Source: Octopus sinensis (Eukaryota). Taken from it: DNA of 64,000 nt. Location of the stretch: assembly GCF_006345805.1 (NCBI RefSeq), contig NC_042998.1:72664001-72728000 (forward strand), read 5' to 3'. Below, one piece after another: positions 27,400 to 41,590 of the stretch. Position 1 is the stretch's first letter; every line of letters starts with the position of its first letter. The notes beneath the pieces were generated by a model. It searched no databases. It had not been told where the DNA came from and was given only the letters and a program-made list of their open reading frames with translations. The translations under genes and the position numbers were made by a program.

Positions 27400-28110
27400 A
27401 ATTAAACTAGATATTGAAGTTCTCCTTGTCATCATTGCAACCTCGACGTTTAGATAATCATTACCTGTCCAACCAATGGAGACAATTTACATTTAGTCTT
27501 TACTAATAGAACAGATTTTATTTAGAATGCTCATTTTATTCCAACAGCCACCTCCGATCAATGCATGATCCAGCTATCTGTATATAATTTCAGAAGGTAA
27601 CATACAAAAATAAAAATAGCATCAAACATGACACACTTCCTGTGAACTTGAATTTCAGAAGACCAACTGGGAAAGAAACGAAACTGGGTCCTCACAGCAA
27701 ATTGGCCTAAGTATATTGTCAATCTCAGTATTAATGCAAAAATGATGATTCTTTATGAGGGAGTAATCAGGACCTTTGAAAAGTATTCCCCATCTAAACG
27801 TCTCTATTTTGTCAGGAATTCAATTTCATGAACTGATGGATCCCAATGTGAAATAGAATTAAACTTATGGAGCAGCTAAAAATAAAACAAGATTTCGTAA
27901 ATATTAACATTGAAAGAAATATCAACATTATAAGAAACATTGAACGGATCGTAAAATACCTACGAAAAGCAAAGCTTGCCAAAGGAACGATAAGCCATGG
28001 AAAAAATAAAGTTTAATCTTAAGACCTTCTTCCACATTGCTAAACAATAATCCAGAACTCATACTCAGCTTGAACGTCTACAGAACCAAAAAGGATTAGC
28101 TACTAACTAT
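27400..28110 (+). mobile_element. Highly degenerate CR1-type ORF2 fragment (endonuclease-RT linker)
   Basis: Traces of SDH-like, LNFR..NW-like and N.KTFF..AK motifs, with many stops. Confidence 0.4.
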
Positions 28111-28127
28111 CCAGCACATGAAAAGAC

Positions 28128-28200
28128 GCATGGTCTAGTGGTTAGAGTGATGTACTCACACTCTTGAGATCGTGAGTTGGATTTCCAACGTCATGTTCCG
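28128..28200 (+). mobile_element. SINE family C head fragment
   Basis: gcatggtctagtggttagagtg...gatcgtgagtt resembles the reverse complement of 57650-57716. Confidence 0.5.
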
Positions 28201-28422
28201 TTCATTTCATTTTACTCTAATAACATATGGGGACCAGTATGTAAAAAAAACAAAACCATAAAAACAAAAAAAACAAAACAGAACTGAACAGATCCGGCGT
28301 ATCCTCAGGGTGAAAAGGTGTGTAAAAGAGCTTGAGGTAGGATTTGCACTCCGAGCTTGTAAAACGCTGACCAGCAACGATTACCGAGACCGACCCACGT
28401 GTTGTAGAGTTTCCTCCTCAGT

Positions 28423-28554
28423 GGTGCAAAGTGTCACCCTCCAGGTGTAGGGTATCACGATTAAAAAAACCGCAAATGCAGCGACACTCTGCCTCACCAC
28501 ATGTCTCACCACATGCCTCACCACTTGCCTCTATACTACTACTACTACTCCTAA

Positions 28555-28623
<69 letters not shown>

Positions 28624-28688
28624 CAGTATCCATCACATATAAGCGAATTCTTATCAGTGTATTCTCCCAAACTAAAAACAAAATTGTA
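28423..28688 (+). repeat. Direct repeat copy 2 with internal (TAC)n and 12-bp x3 expansion
   Basis: Collinear with 26871-27156, with extra cctcaccacatg-like units at ~28491-28531. Confidence 0.9.
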
Positions 28689-28964
28689 CATAATCCAAAC
28701 GAATTCTTTAACCTCCAGAATCTAAGTGTCTAGAAATTAAAGACACCGAAAAGAGTTCAGTTACAGCGCCAGAATCAGATCGTCTCCCAACCATACTGTT
28801 AAAAAAAACAAGTAAATGCATTCTAGTGAAGTCATTGAAGGTGCTATTCAAGAAGTCATGGGAGGCGGACGTATTCCCAGCTTTACTGAAAGGAGCAACA
28901 ATAACAGCTGTTTATAAAGGAGCATTTAGGTCTAAACATTATAGAGGAGCTTATCTCATATCCC

Positions 28965-29007
<43 letters not shown>

Positions 29008-29019
29008 GAGAGTGAGAGA

Positions 29020-29205
29020 GAGATAAATACTTAGCGGCAGTTCGTCCGTATTTACATTCTTTGATCATATTCTGCCGATGTTGACTTCCCTATTCATCGT
29101 CCTGTGTCAATAAGTACCCAGTGCCCGTTGAACAGTGGGGTCGATATACTGGACTAGTCCCACTGCAAAATTTCTGGCCTTGTCCCTATAGTAGAAAGGG
29201 TTATT
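29020..29205 (+). mobile_element. Degenerate SINE family A
   Basis: aaatacttagcggcagttcgtc...tattctgccgatgttgact...gtggggtcgatata...tttctggccttgtccctatagtagaaagg. Confidence 0.6.
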
Positions 29206-30514
29206 ATCATTCTCATCATCATCATCAGCATCATCATCATCATCATCATCATCGTCCTCATCATCATCATGAGCACCATCATGATCATCATTGTGATCGT
29301 CTTCACCACCAAAATACTCATTACCAGGCTACCAGCTTGCAGAATAAATGGGGCGGTGGAAATATGCCTTTCAATAATCACTCCACATTAGTTCCGTACT
29401 TAAGAACAAAACTGATCTCTGCAAGAACTCAAGAACTTTATCTTCCAATGAAGCCATCCTTCAATATTAACATATATGTCGTATGCTTGTAGTATGGATG
29501 CCATTGAACGAAATAAAACGGTATGTATTCTAATTCTTTTGAAATCTCCTTAATGTATAAAATTCATATCTGAATTTGTAATTCACTTCACATGTGGTAT
29601 ATTTGATATTTAAAATGAAGCCACATATTGTCTATCCGACCAACAGCGAGGCTTCATACCACCATTCAAGCTCTTTTACAACAACATTCCTATTCGCTTC
29701 ATATCGAAACTTCTAATCCTACAGTATAGCGTTACCAGTTAACGCAAATTCAGTTATCTATTCTAACGTATTTTGGGAAAAAGTGAGTAGCTCTGTGCAC
29801 TAATGGAACGAAGTAGTTTGAAATTATGATAAGTGAGATACCATTTCACTGACGTCGCCGTTTCCGACATATTTTCATTTGGGGATATGTTATATGAATG
29901 GTTATTATACGACAAATAGTACAGTGAACAAACTTCTAAATATGGGGAACGTTTTCTACTTTCATTCCAATAGTAATAAAGTGTTAGATGAATGATACAC
30001 AAGGAGATAAAATCGTCATGAGGCGAGCTAATGCAGTGGATCATGGGACCTAATCCGCGATGTATCCGCAATAGCATTTGATACTAATTCTCATTTTAGA
30101 CAAATCAGTATATATATACGAATTCCTTTGACATTTATATCATTTGTAAAGTGCGCAATAGCAAACATGACGTGGGTCGGTCCCAACCAGGAAAGAAAAT
30201 ATATACCACCGGCAAATATACACTTTATGACCATAAAAGCCATCATTACATAGAAAATTACAAAAGAAGCTGGAAATGTTTCTAGCAGTGAATGAATCCT
30301 TTATTAAATCCACTTAAATATCGGCAGCATAATACTTTGCCGTTAATCAGGAGGTGGATATATGCTCATAAATTTTCCCTCAGGCATTTCTAGACTGATG
30401 AAATGAATGCGGTTGATATAAAGACAAGCACGGCAGGTCGAAAACGGGAGAGGATGGTTAGTAGAGGGTTGATATTAAAATAAGTGGGAAAATTATGCTT
30501 CAAAACAAAGTGGC

Positions 30515-30550
<36 letters not shown>

Positions 30551-31362
30551 AGAAAGAGAGAAGGAAAAAGGTAGAAGGAAAATTTAGTAGATGAAAGGGA
30601 TGATACGAAGTGATAGGAAGAGTAAACGAAATTGGAACACGATGACTATGGAAATGTGAAAGAACGGCCCTGTATTTTTATAGACTTCATTGAAATAAAT
30701 GAAACTGTCACTTCCTTTCAATGAACGCCAATGACTGGTATGCTATAGAGCGGTATAAGGACATAATAAAAACGCAAAAATTGTCATTGATTACTTTAAA
30801 TATTGCTCGCATATTTTCATAAAGGTATTAAAACAAATTTTACATCAGTTAGAAGAAAATTAATAATCTACTGATTAATATTTCATTACTAGTATGCTAA
30901 AATGATTAAAACGGGAATTAAAAGTTACTCAAAGAAGCTAAGTGAATTGAATTTCGAACAAAATTAATTTATAGCTATACAAAAGAGCAGTAGAAATATA
31001 TAGTTTACTCTCGTTAGTGACCAGATTAAATTTCATATTTTTTTTTTGCTCTCACTTTTTGTTTTCAAATTAGTCTTCTTTTCTTTTTAATCCTTTCTCT
31101 ATTGAGTACGAGCACTATGGTATAGAATATATCATGTGAAATATTTCTAAGCCCACAAATTATGGAAACGAATATGTAGCTTGCAAAATATTATTCTCGA
31201 TAAATGTAGACATATACTTCTTTGAAAATTTTATTGCACTACCGATTCTGTAATCAAAGGAATATACATATATATACACACATATATGTGTGTGTGTGAA
31301 ATGTATGTATATCTATATATGGATATGTATATGTATATATATATATATATATAATATATATA

Positions 31363-31406
<44 letters not shown>

Positions 31407-31439
31407 TTATATATATATACTTATATATATATACTTATA

Positions 31440-31505
<66 letters not shown>

Positions 31506-31999
31506 TATATATTTACACATGCATATCATACATGCATGTACATATATATACATACATACGTATAACCACACAAAGGCACACACGTGAGTGTGTTTCCATG
31601 TGCGCGCGCGTGTGTGTGTCTGTGAGTGCGTGTGAGTGTGTGTTGTAGGAGAGAATGTGAGTTTTTCGGTTAGCTTTCATACATAGCAGTGGAAAAATTC
31701 AATATGAATGAAATGTCATCGGACCTCTTGTTTTCCAGTGAACAGCGAGAATCTGGTGATGCGAATAGGGAACTTGATGTACCTGTACTTTACTTCACGT
31801 TGAAGGAGGAAGAGAACAGGCGCGTAGTATTGCTGGTGGTAGTATATACCAATAGTTCCTGGGGGAATTTAAATCTAATTCACTTAGTAAAAATTGGTGA
31901 CGTAACCGTTCTGAATACAGGATATACCGAAGGCAAAGGTAGATATCAGTTCTGAGAAAAGGGGTTCTCTTTCAGAACCTAGGATACTGGGTTTTTTTC

Positions 32000-33050
32000 C
32001 GGAACAGTATGATGACGTTTAGAAAATATGCTGAGAACTAAGAACTCCGAATACATAAACTGCAAAATAAAATATCGAGGGAAATATGAAAGCGACTTGC
32101 ACGAAGTTCTCTGGATTTTGGAAGGGAAAATGTTGAAGCATGCTGGAATAGTTTGGAATTCCATTAGAGAAAGAGTGGAAAGAGATTTGTGTATTCTGAT
32201 CAATAACAATCTTCAACAGTGATAAGAAGGGGTTGATACAGAATATGAAAGAAGTTTTAAATGGAGATTTTGATGTTTAAATTTATGCATATAGTCGGGG
32301 GTCACAAGATTTCCAGGATGCTTTAAAGCTGTACAGATCACATACTAGTCTACAGATGTGTAAACCTAAATCAAATTAAAAGTTGATATCATCTCATTAG
32401 ATGTGAGGAATACATATTGCTCGGTTTCCCATGACTATCTAGAATTTACATTCATTTCTTACAATTTTCAGCGTTCACTTGCACGACTACAAGCATTGAC
32501 GTTCATGCCTCACACCACTTCTTTGGAATGTGGATGGAGGTTTGACATAAAGCAATGCAGAATGTATTGGAACGTTGTTATTTTGTGGAAGTACTGATAT
32601 AATCGGTGAGAGTTTCCGTTAATGATTTTTGAATTACGTCAAACAACGAAATGCAGGTGGATTGAAAGTTGAGAAAGCTTCAGAAGCTGACATTAGGATT
32701 AAAACTTAAGGTGAAGAGGAAACGGCATAAGTTTTAAAGAGTAGGGATGCAAAGTTTGGAACAAGGCCAAAATGAATGAGATACATGTTGATATAATTAC
32801 ACAGGAACAAGTGAGCGAAAGACTAAGTGGGTGGAAGAATGATGTGGCATTGATTACTGGAAAGTCAAAGCTAAGGTGCAACCTGTTTAAATATCTACAG
32901 AATGTGACAAAGAACCTTATATACGGGATTGGAGGTACAACAGTTGAGCTAATAATGAAATGATGGATACATTTCGAAAGTGCTTTGGATACTGCCCGTT
33001 GTAATCCTGGTAGGTTTTGAGAGAAATTACGGCTGCTTACAGATATCGTA
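32000..33050 (+). mobile_element. Very degenerate non-LTR retrotransposon fragments (CR1-like, then possibly RTE-like)
   Basis: ERDLCILINNNL and KLYRSH traces at ~32170-32360. DVALI...FKYL traces at ~32840-32900. Confidence 0.35.
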
Positions 33051-36000
33051 ATAACAATATTCAAATGCATTTGTAGGATAAGGTTAACAGAAAATACAAT
33101 AAATACCAACGCAAGAATTCCAAACTTAACTGGATGTGAGTGGAAAGTGGAAGAAACCGAAGATGTTGCGTTCTCGAAAAGAAGGAAAACTGATATAAGT
33201 GATGTAGGTCTTTCTTATTACGAATGCAAATTTGGTGACAAAAGTGGGCAAAGGGATGGAAAAAGAAGGATGGCTACTACATAATACTAACAACATTTCT
33301 ATTGGTATTAGGAATAGAAGGTTTAGAAAAATAAAATCTTGCAGAAAAATCAAAAGAATTTTATTGTAGCACGTGTAAATTTGCTGAGAAGATTTATTTC
33401 AAGTACCACTCCTAATCACAGTCAGCTGTCAAGGGACTGGTGGAGGTTGCTTGAAAGATTATGATAATAAAGAAGATTAGGACTGTGTGGGAAATCAGTG
33501 GAAATGTGGATCTAAAGAAGAAAGATAAGAATATACTCTCCATTCGTACTTTTACGCGTCAGCAATGGTATATAGCAGGGTGGATTTAGAATGGAAGCAA
33601 CCCATACCAGCAGTAAATGTCAAAAGGAGCATGTGGCTGGAACCGCTATTTGTTGTAAAGTGCTAATCATGCATTTCTTGCACAGTTACTTGAACCATGA
33701 ATGATGAAGATGAAGGAATCAAGAGAGCGAAAAGTGATTAAACAAGCGGATTCTACGAAAAATAGAAGAGGAAATGTATGGAATACAGATCTAAAATCGC
33801 AAGGTCATTCAGTGCACCAAATTTGCAGAGTTTGTTTTTCGGAGGTGTAATTGAGCGTGAGATTTGGTGGTGCAAGAAGCAGATTTATAGTGCAATGCAG
33901 GTTGGTTCGTATGAGATAACAAAAGTTATCTTGCACATAATTATTGTGCAGAGAACACAATGTAGATACGGTAAGCGAGAATGATTACTCCAATGGAATG
34001 CCAAAAACATCGATAGATTTTTTCATGTGATGATGATGGTGATGATGATACTACAGTTATGGAAGAAAGGATCTGGACTGATGATACATGCATGCATGCA
34101 CGTAAATACACACGCTACAGTTATAAATTTCTTGATACAAATTATTTTATTTTCTATTTGAGAACGAGCTTCACACTCTGACTGAGCATTTCCGTTCTGC
34201 AAGGAGAATCTATACTACACCTTAAAAGTACTGAGAAAATACTCGGTTGGATAAATAAATTTTCACACATGCATAATCTACACAATTCCTTAGGGAACAA
34301 ATAAATAGCTATTGAGGCAATATTCCTAGTAAGTACACTTTTGCAATAAATAAACAGACACGATACACGAATGAAAACTATCCATACACAAATGAATATT
34401 TAAGTAAATACTTATCGTTCAGTTTTCGTATTTCGTAGTCATGTCCACAGACTTCGGAATGTTGTATATTGAAGAAATTCCCTTTTCCAAATCACTTGCA
34501 TAGAAATCAGGAATTGTTTTGTGGAAAAATATTTTCCACTGCATCTCGGCGATACGAAATGTAATCCCGAATAATAGCCTAATCTAAACTGTGTACTGAG
34601 CTTCAAATATCACATTTGTTTACGACGATTTTACATTGGAGTTTTGAATCGAGGATTTTGAATGTTGTCCTTCGTATTTCAATACAAGTGCCCAACTATG
34701 AATTCGCTCCTCATTTTCACAATTTTGCTGCAATTTAGCGGCTTGTTACTATGGAACTGATCTACTAAGGTTCCCTCCAAAAGCTAAAAGTAAATACTAC
34801 CTCCAGCTATAGGATTTATATATCATCTTGAATCAGGTATAATCCCCTTTGTCTGCTTGTGATTCAACGACTGTATACTGTGTTCGCTTGTGTGCAAACA
34901 CATCCCTCTGTTATCTAATTAAATAATATCTATTTTGTCATCATCGAATATTTTTCATTTGAGTAACGTCAATCTCGTAGTTCCTTCTCAGCATTTAGAA
35001 TCATTTTATTCCAGAAACTGGTTTTACGTCGAGGATATTCCAGAAATGTAGTATATATTTTAATATTGAACGCCATATTAAATTTATTAATATCCTTTTC
35101 GTTTAACGAAATCTACATATTGTGCTCTATAAATGTCCTCCTAGAGAAGGAGATTCAAATACTTCTTTAGAATTTTCATTCTCTTTTATCACTTAAATGC
35201 TAAGATATATTTACATCACCGTATAAAGATTTTGGTTCTCTGTTTTAGTTAACATTTAAAAAAATACGTTGGGTTATTAAAATATGCATCTAACGCGTAA
35301 TCAACATGCATTTCATAGTTTCTGATATGCGTTTGTTATATTTTTTAAACAATATCAGAATAAAACTCATATGCAAAACTTGTGTTTATCTACAACACTG
35401 ATATGAATTAGTTTCCCTGCAATTTAATAAACAGAAAACATATTCATAGAGAATCTAATACTTAAATAATTACATGTTTTCAAATGTAGAAGTAAGATTA
35501 TTATATATCATATATCAAACATTTTAAGAAAAAATGTCGTATGTCAAATATTTAATCAGTTTTCTGGAATATGATAGCATTTCCTTAAAATAATTTAAAT
35601 TCCTTACGAATACATTTGAAAGATGTTTAATGCAAATTTATGTAATAAATCAAATGTGAGTCAGATGACATCAACTTTTCTTGAAACGCTTTCACACATT
35701 CCCTTTCATATATTACTGACTACGATTTCTGTAGGGTGCCTATTAAGTAAATCTTTCGTGTTCCTTGAATCGACTTTGGTATCATCATAATTTGTACACA
35801 CACACACAGATACACGCGCGCGCGCATACAAACATATATGTATATGATATTATTCTACATATATTCAGATATTTCTATTTTCAAAATGGAAATAAACAAT
35901 ACATCATGAAGTAGTTCCTATTTAATTTAAATACACACATATATTTTAAATAACATATACATGTTACAATATCCATAATTATAGCCTCATATATATATAT

Positions 36001-36438
36001 ATATATATATATATAAATGGGTTTGTATGATTGTGTATAGAGGGATATATATTATTCAAAGAAATTCCAAGCCTGTTTTTTTTATGCTTTATTTATATTC
36101 TTTATAAATGCGTGTGACAGGAGTGTTTCACATTTGAAACACTCCTGCCACAACCTGGGACCTTGAAGACTGCATTTATGCAAAAAAGTATAATAGTCCA
36201 TTAATATTTAGCATTTTATATTCAATATCTCATCTATTCAATAAGACAAGCAATACTTCATTTCATTTTACTATGTATATTATTTATACTATATATTCTA
36301 TGTTATACATTAATATTAAAAAGAATATGAATAAATAAAAAAAAACAGAGTTGGAATTTCTTTGAATAATATATATATATATATTAATTTTACTTGGCAG
36401 AGGATATGTGACATTCAATCATATAATAATATAGATAA

Positions 36439-36471
<33 letters not shown>

Positions 36472-36636
36472 GTATGTATGTATATATATATATATATAGA
36501 TAGATATATACATAAGTATCTGTATATTTGTGTTTTTCGTCACTCGAAAAAATAGTTCATATCCCATGTACTCTTACTTCGTATTTTTCTGTTGTACACT
36601 TGTAGACATTTCATGACGTTCTGTGCGCACACATGC

Positions 36637-36684
<48 letters not shown>

Positions 36685-36686
36685 TA

Positions 36687-36744
<58 letters not shown>

Positions 36745-37754
36745 GTATAGATGTATGTACATATGCATATATATGTATATATACTCACACACAAACTCTC
36801 ACAGACACATAAACAAACACACACACAAAGTTTCCACACAAACATACACATAATAGAATGGCCGTTGACTCTCTTATTTTCGTCCAGCCTTTTTCGGATC
36901 TTTTCGTTCTGGAGCTTGACCAGCAATCATCCTTTTCACCAAGCAAGAAAACAGTGAGGTTGCCAGTTAAGTTGCCGATGACCCGACATGTAACAGGTTG
37001 TACTGTTAACATGTTAGCTGTAGCGCACAAGAATGTCCTGACAAAGATGTTTGTGTACAAGATAAATATTCTTACACAGAAAGAACTGAAAGTAGTAAAA
37101 CTCAAAGTTGCTTCGTTTGTTATTGTGGCAAACTAAATAGTGTTAAAGTTGGAAAGAAATATGGAAGATAAAACCACCCTTCGTAATCAACATACAACAA
37201 AAATACTATAGCTATAAGAACAATAAAACATTTTAGTAGCATTAACAGCAGTAAAAACAAGAAGAACAAAAATCCAACAACAGTATCAACAGCGGCAGTA
37301 GCCATATTGACATGTCATGTAAAAGGGCTCGTAGAATTACAATCAAGTGAGACGGGTTCATTTAACACACTCATCTGTAGCAGAAAGAAAACCACCGCCG
37401 CCTCAATTATAAGTTATAATAGAGCAACGTTGACGAAAGCAACAACAACAACTACAGTGATAGTAATATCTATACTGATAGCGACGGTGGAAAACTAACA
37501 ACTGTTGCAGAACATAAACAAATAAACGACAGCTGCAACAAAATCAGTAACGATAGCAAGGCTTTCTTCGATAGAATAGCCTCCACAAAGGAGCTATAGA
37601 TCTCCGTGCAATCAAGTTCGCAAACTTAGAAGATGTAGATTAATTGAGAAATTTTTTTTTTAAAAGAGTAGATCATTAGCTCGCTCCTAATAATCTACCT
37701 CACTTGCTAGAAAGAATATTTTATATCGCTGCGTGAGTTTAACATATTTATCTT

Positions 37755-37945
37755 TTATTACCCACAGAGAGCTAAACATAGAGGAGACAAACAAGGACAG
37801 ACAAATGGATTAAGTCAATTACATCGACCCCAGTTCGTAACTGGTACCTCGGCTTCGAAAGGATGAAAGGTAATGTCAACCTCGACGGAATTTGAACTCA
37901 GAACGTAAAGACAGACGAGATACCACGAAGCATTTCACCCGTTGT
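37755..37945 (-). mobile_element. SINE family A
   Basis: Reverse complement of the 19164-19396 family: ctaaacatagaggagacaaacaaggacagac...cgaaaggatgaaagg...ggaatttgaactcagaacgt. Confidence 0.85.
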
Positions 37946-38369
37946 GAGATTAACATATTATCGTAAGAAGATAATCAATGAGGCACAAGTGGAACGTCTT
38001 CCCTGCAAGATATCTAACTTATATCAAAGGCAAGAAAATTCGGCGGGTTCGATGTCTAAGACTAACGCTCTTGAACCTCGTCACTCGGGGAAGCTTGCAC
38101 AACGAGGAATTCACTCTCTTCCTCATTTACTTGGGTAGAGTGACGGTAAGTGTAACAATATCGATAAACCCAACATGCCGACATCTCTGGCAGTTTCTGA
38201 ATTGCATATTGTCCGAGGGAAGGATATTCCATTGTACACGATGATAAAGAGAAGGGAGAACTGGCTCGAGATCACGTTGGAAGTCCTTTTTCCTGAAATA
38301 CTTGACTCCCGAATGGGGCGAATCTATGAGTTTTTATAGAGGACACAGACCGACCAAGACCTCAGTCTA

Positions 38370-39114
38370 TCTCATCTAAAACAGGAAATAGGAATATAAG
38401 AGTGCCAAAACCATCACATTTGAAAGATTTTAACTTCGACGAATGTATAGAGGATACCGAGAAGAAAGACTGACTTTCACTTAAATTTCTTATTAAAAAA
38501 TAATTCTTGGTAACTACCGACATGCGGATTACGAACGTATTGTTGATGAGCACCTGCACAACTTCCAGGCTATAGGCGCACTCATGTCCATAAAAATGCA
38601 TTTCCTTTGGTTGCATTTAGACTACATTCCACAAAACTGCGGTGATGTCAGTGAATAAAAAGGCGAGCGTTTTCACCAGGATATTCGAATGATGGAGGAG
38701 AAGTATCGGAGTTGTTTGGATGCGAATATGCTTGCAGACTATTGCTGGTGCATCAAGAGAGATGTTCCAGATATAAAATATAGCCAAACATCTTTGCGAA
38801 AGCCATTTAAGCCACATTAATTTTATCAGTACATTCATTTTTCATGTCGGAATTTACATAAACTTTAGTTGTGTACCATTTTAGATATAGTCTTTACATT
38901 TTCCAGCAATGTAAGTGGCATTTGAAAAATAGAAATGTTAAATAATATATTTTTTATCATTATTTTTTAAAAAACTGATATAGCAAAAAAAAAAAAAAAC
39001 CTGATCTCATTGAACAAAATGAGTTACTTTTTCGAATTCAGCTCGCAGAAAGCATTTAAGAGTCAATGAAAAATCTTTGACCGTTGACAAATATTTTTGA
39101 AACGCAGACTAGTG
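38370..39114 (+). mobile_element. Chapaev3-like (CMC superfamily) DNA transposon 3' end with transposase C-terminus
   Basis: GNYRHADYERIV...MSIKMHFLWLHLDYIPQNCGDVSE*KGERFHQDIRMMEEKY...MLADYCWCIKRD. The terminus ...gactagtg is followed by TAA. Confidence 0.7.
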
Positions 39115-39229
39115 TAATCATTAAAGGTACGAAATTGTTGGGAGTCTCAGTGCGTAAATACGAACGAACTGTCGCTGAGCGTTTCGCTGCGCGTGGTAAT
39201 GATTTTGCCTACTCAGCACCTTTATAACG

Positions 39230-39244
39230 ATAATAATAATAATG

Positions 39245-39297
<53 letters not shown>
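39230..39297. repeat. (TAA)n microsatellite; target-side flank of the Dong insertion
   Basis: Direct reading. It joins the element through an aatg microhomology. Confidence 0.95.
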
Positions 39298-39298
<1 letters not shown>

Positions 39299-41538
39299 CC
39301 TGAATGGCTCACGAAGGGGAAAACCATCTTAATTCCCAAATCAAATGAAACAACAAAACCAGAAAACTACAGACCAATAACCTGCCTCCCTACTATGTTC
39401 AAGGCATTTACTGCAGTGATATCGCAAAGGCTGTACAAGCACCTGGACGAAAACAAACTGTTCCCAGAAGAGCAGAAAGGATGCCGCAAGGGCTCATATG
39501 GCTGTAAAGATCAACTAATGATTAATAAAGCCGTAACTGAAGACAGCCACAGAAAGAAGAAAGGCCTCAGTATGGCCTGGATTGAATACAAAAAGGCGTT
39601 TGATAGCACCCCCCGCACATGGATCCTCGAAACACTACTATTAACAAAGTAGCACCAACAATCATAAAATTCATAGAGCACTCTATGAATAAATGGCAAA
39701 CAGTCCTACACCTCCAAACAAAAGAGGGACTCATGAAAACCAAAGACATCCCCTTAGAAGAGGAATATTCCAGGGAGACCCGGTCTCTCCACTCCTTTTC
39801 TGCTTGGCACTGTCACCTCTATCTGATATGCTAAATAGAACTGGGTGCGGATATAAATGTTACGGCCAAAACGATCAGCCACCTTTTATATATGGATGAC
39901 CTAAAACTATACGCTGCAAATGACAAACAGCTGGAAACACTATTAAAGACAGTTCATGGATTTACCAAAGAAATAGATATGAAATTTGGATTAGAAAAAT
40001 GCGCCAAAGTAACCATGAAAAGAGGAAAACTAGTTAAGAGTAACAACATCACACTAGATAAAACCAATGAAATAAAAGAATTAGACCAAAGCCAAAGTTA
40101 CAAATACTTAGGAATCCATGAACTAGATAAGACAAAACACACACAAATGAAAGAGAAAATAAAAAAAGAATATTATAGACGAGTTAGATCAATACTAAAA
40201 ACAGAGCTCAATGCCAAAAACAAGATAATAGGTATCAGCACTTTAGCTGTCCCAGTTATAAGTTACAGCTACAATATCCTTAACTGGACACGAAATGAAC
40301 TGTCCAAAATAGATAGGAAAACAAGAAAAATACTGACAGGATCTAGGATGCATCACCCAAAATCTGACATAGAAAGACTATATATACAACGTATAGAAGG
40401 TGGTAGAGGCCTTATACAGCTGGAAAACTACTATAAAATAACCACCATATGACTGCAAAAATACCTACTTCAGAAAGAAGGAAAACTGATCCAGATAGCA
40501 GCAAAACACGAGCAAAACAAAAACTGTTCTCAGTATTTAAGGAAGCTGACAAATACAAACAAGAAATCATACCACCTAATAAACACAAAGAAGAAGAAGA
40601 AGATGATGAAGAAAAACAAAAGCTATAAAACAAATGAAATCCAAACTAAAAATAGAACAGCAACGAGCCATGATAAAACGATGGCAAGAAAAACCCCTTC
40701 ATGGTAAATACTGCACTAAACTAAACGCAAAAGAAATAGACAAGAAAAATCCCAGCAATGGTTGAGAAGCTCAGGACTACAAGCAGAAACAGAGGGATTT
40801 TTAATTGCAGCATAAGACCAAAGCCTCCCCACCAGAAATTACCAAAAACATGTAATGAAAAGAAATATTACAAGTAACTGCAGAATATGTGGAGATGGAC
40901 AAGAAACAATAAATCATATTATCTCTAGCTGCCCAGTCCTGGCTAGAAGGAATATATTCACAGACATGACAGAGTTGGAACCTACATACATTGGAAGCTA
41001 TGCCAACATTATGGAATAACAACAGAAAAAAGATGGTATAGGCACACACCAGAAAAGGTCACAGAAAACGAGAAAGCAACCATACTCTGGGATATGCTGA
41101 TACACACAGATAGAGAAATTAAGGCCAACAGACCAGATATAGTTGTCAGAGATCATGAAGAAAAAAAATGCTTTCTAATTGATGTATCAATACCGGCAGA
41201 TGACAACGTGTCTCTAAAAGAAATGGAGAAACTCTCAAATACAAAGACCGGAAATAGAGGTAACTAGAATGTGGAACCTGAAAACAGAAACAATTCCTAT
41301 CATAGTAGGTGCATTAGGCATGATAAAAAAATATTCAGACAAATACATAACAAAACACCAGGACTTACAAACACATATAACATACAGAAAATTGCACTAC
41401 TAGGCACTGCACACATCCTACGCAGAACACTTTCCATACAATAACCATCAGAGCATCACAACAAATCACAGCACATACCCAAGGCACACAGAGCTGCGCT
41501 CGGTAGTGAAGTGAAAGCACGCTATAAAAATAAAACTA

Positions 41539-41541
<3 letters not shown>
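39295..41541 (+). mobile_element. R4/Dong-type LINE: RT, CCHC knuckle, REL endonuclease and 3' UTR (frameshifted)
   Basis: PEWLTKGKTILIPK, NYRPITCLP, EQKGCRKGSYGCKDQL, GIFQGDPVSPLLF, YMDD (39889-39900), YKYLG, GGRGL, C-x2-C-x8-H-x4-C (40879-40932), NRPDIVV...FLIDVSIP and IIVGALG. Confidence 0.95.

Positions 41542-41590
<49 letters not shown>

Noticed and set aside
26871-28688. LTR retrotransposon or CRISPR-like interpretation of the direct repeats
   Set aside because: Only two copies, no spacer array, no clean TG...CA ends, no PBS/PPT and no gag/pol interior.
29725-29782. Plus-strand 58-nt micro-exon (cag|...|gtgagt) encoding IALPVNANSVIYSNVFWEK
   Set aside because: Good splice signals but too short to distinguish from chance, with only a vague GPCR-TM7 resemblance.
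30395-30445. CTGATGA...CGAAA spacing resembling a hammerhead
   Set aside because: No stem II pairing between the core halves and no helix I/III.
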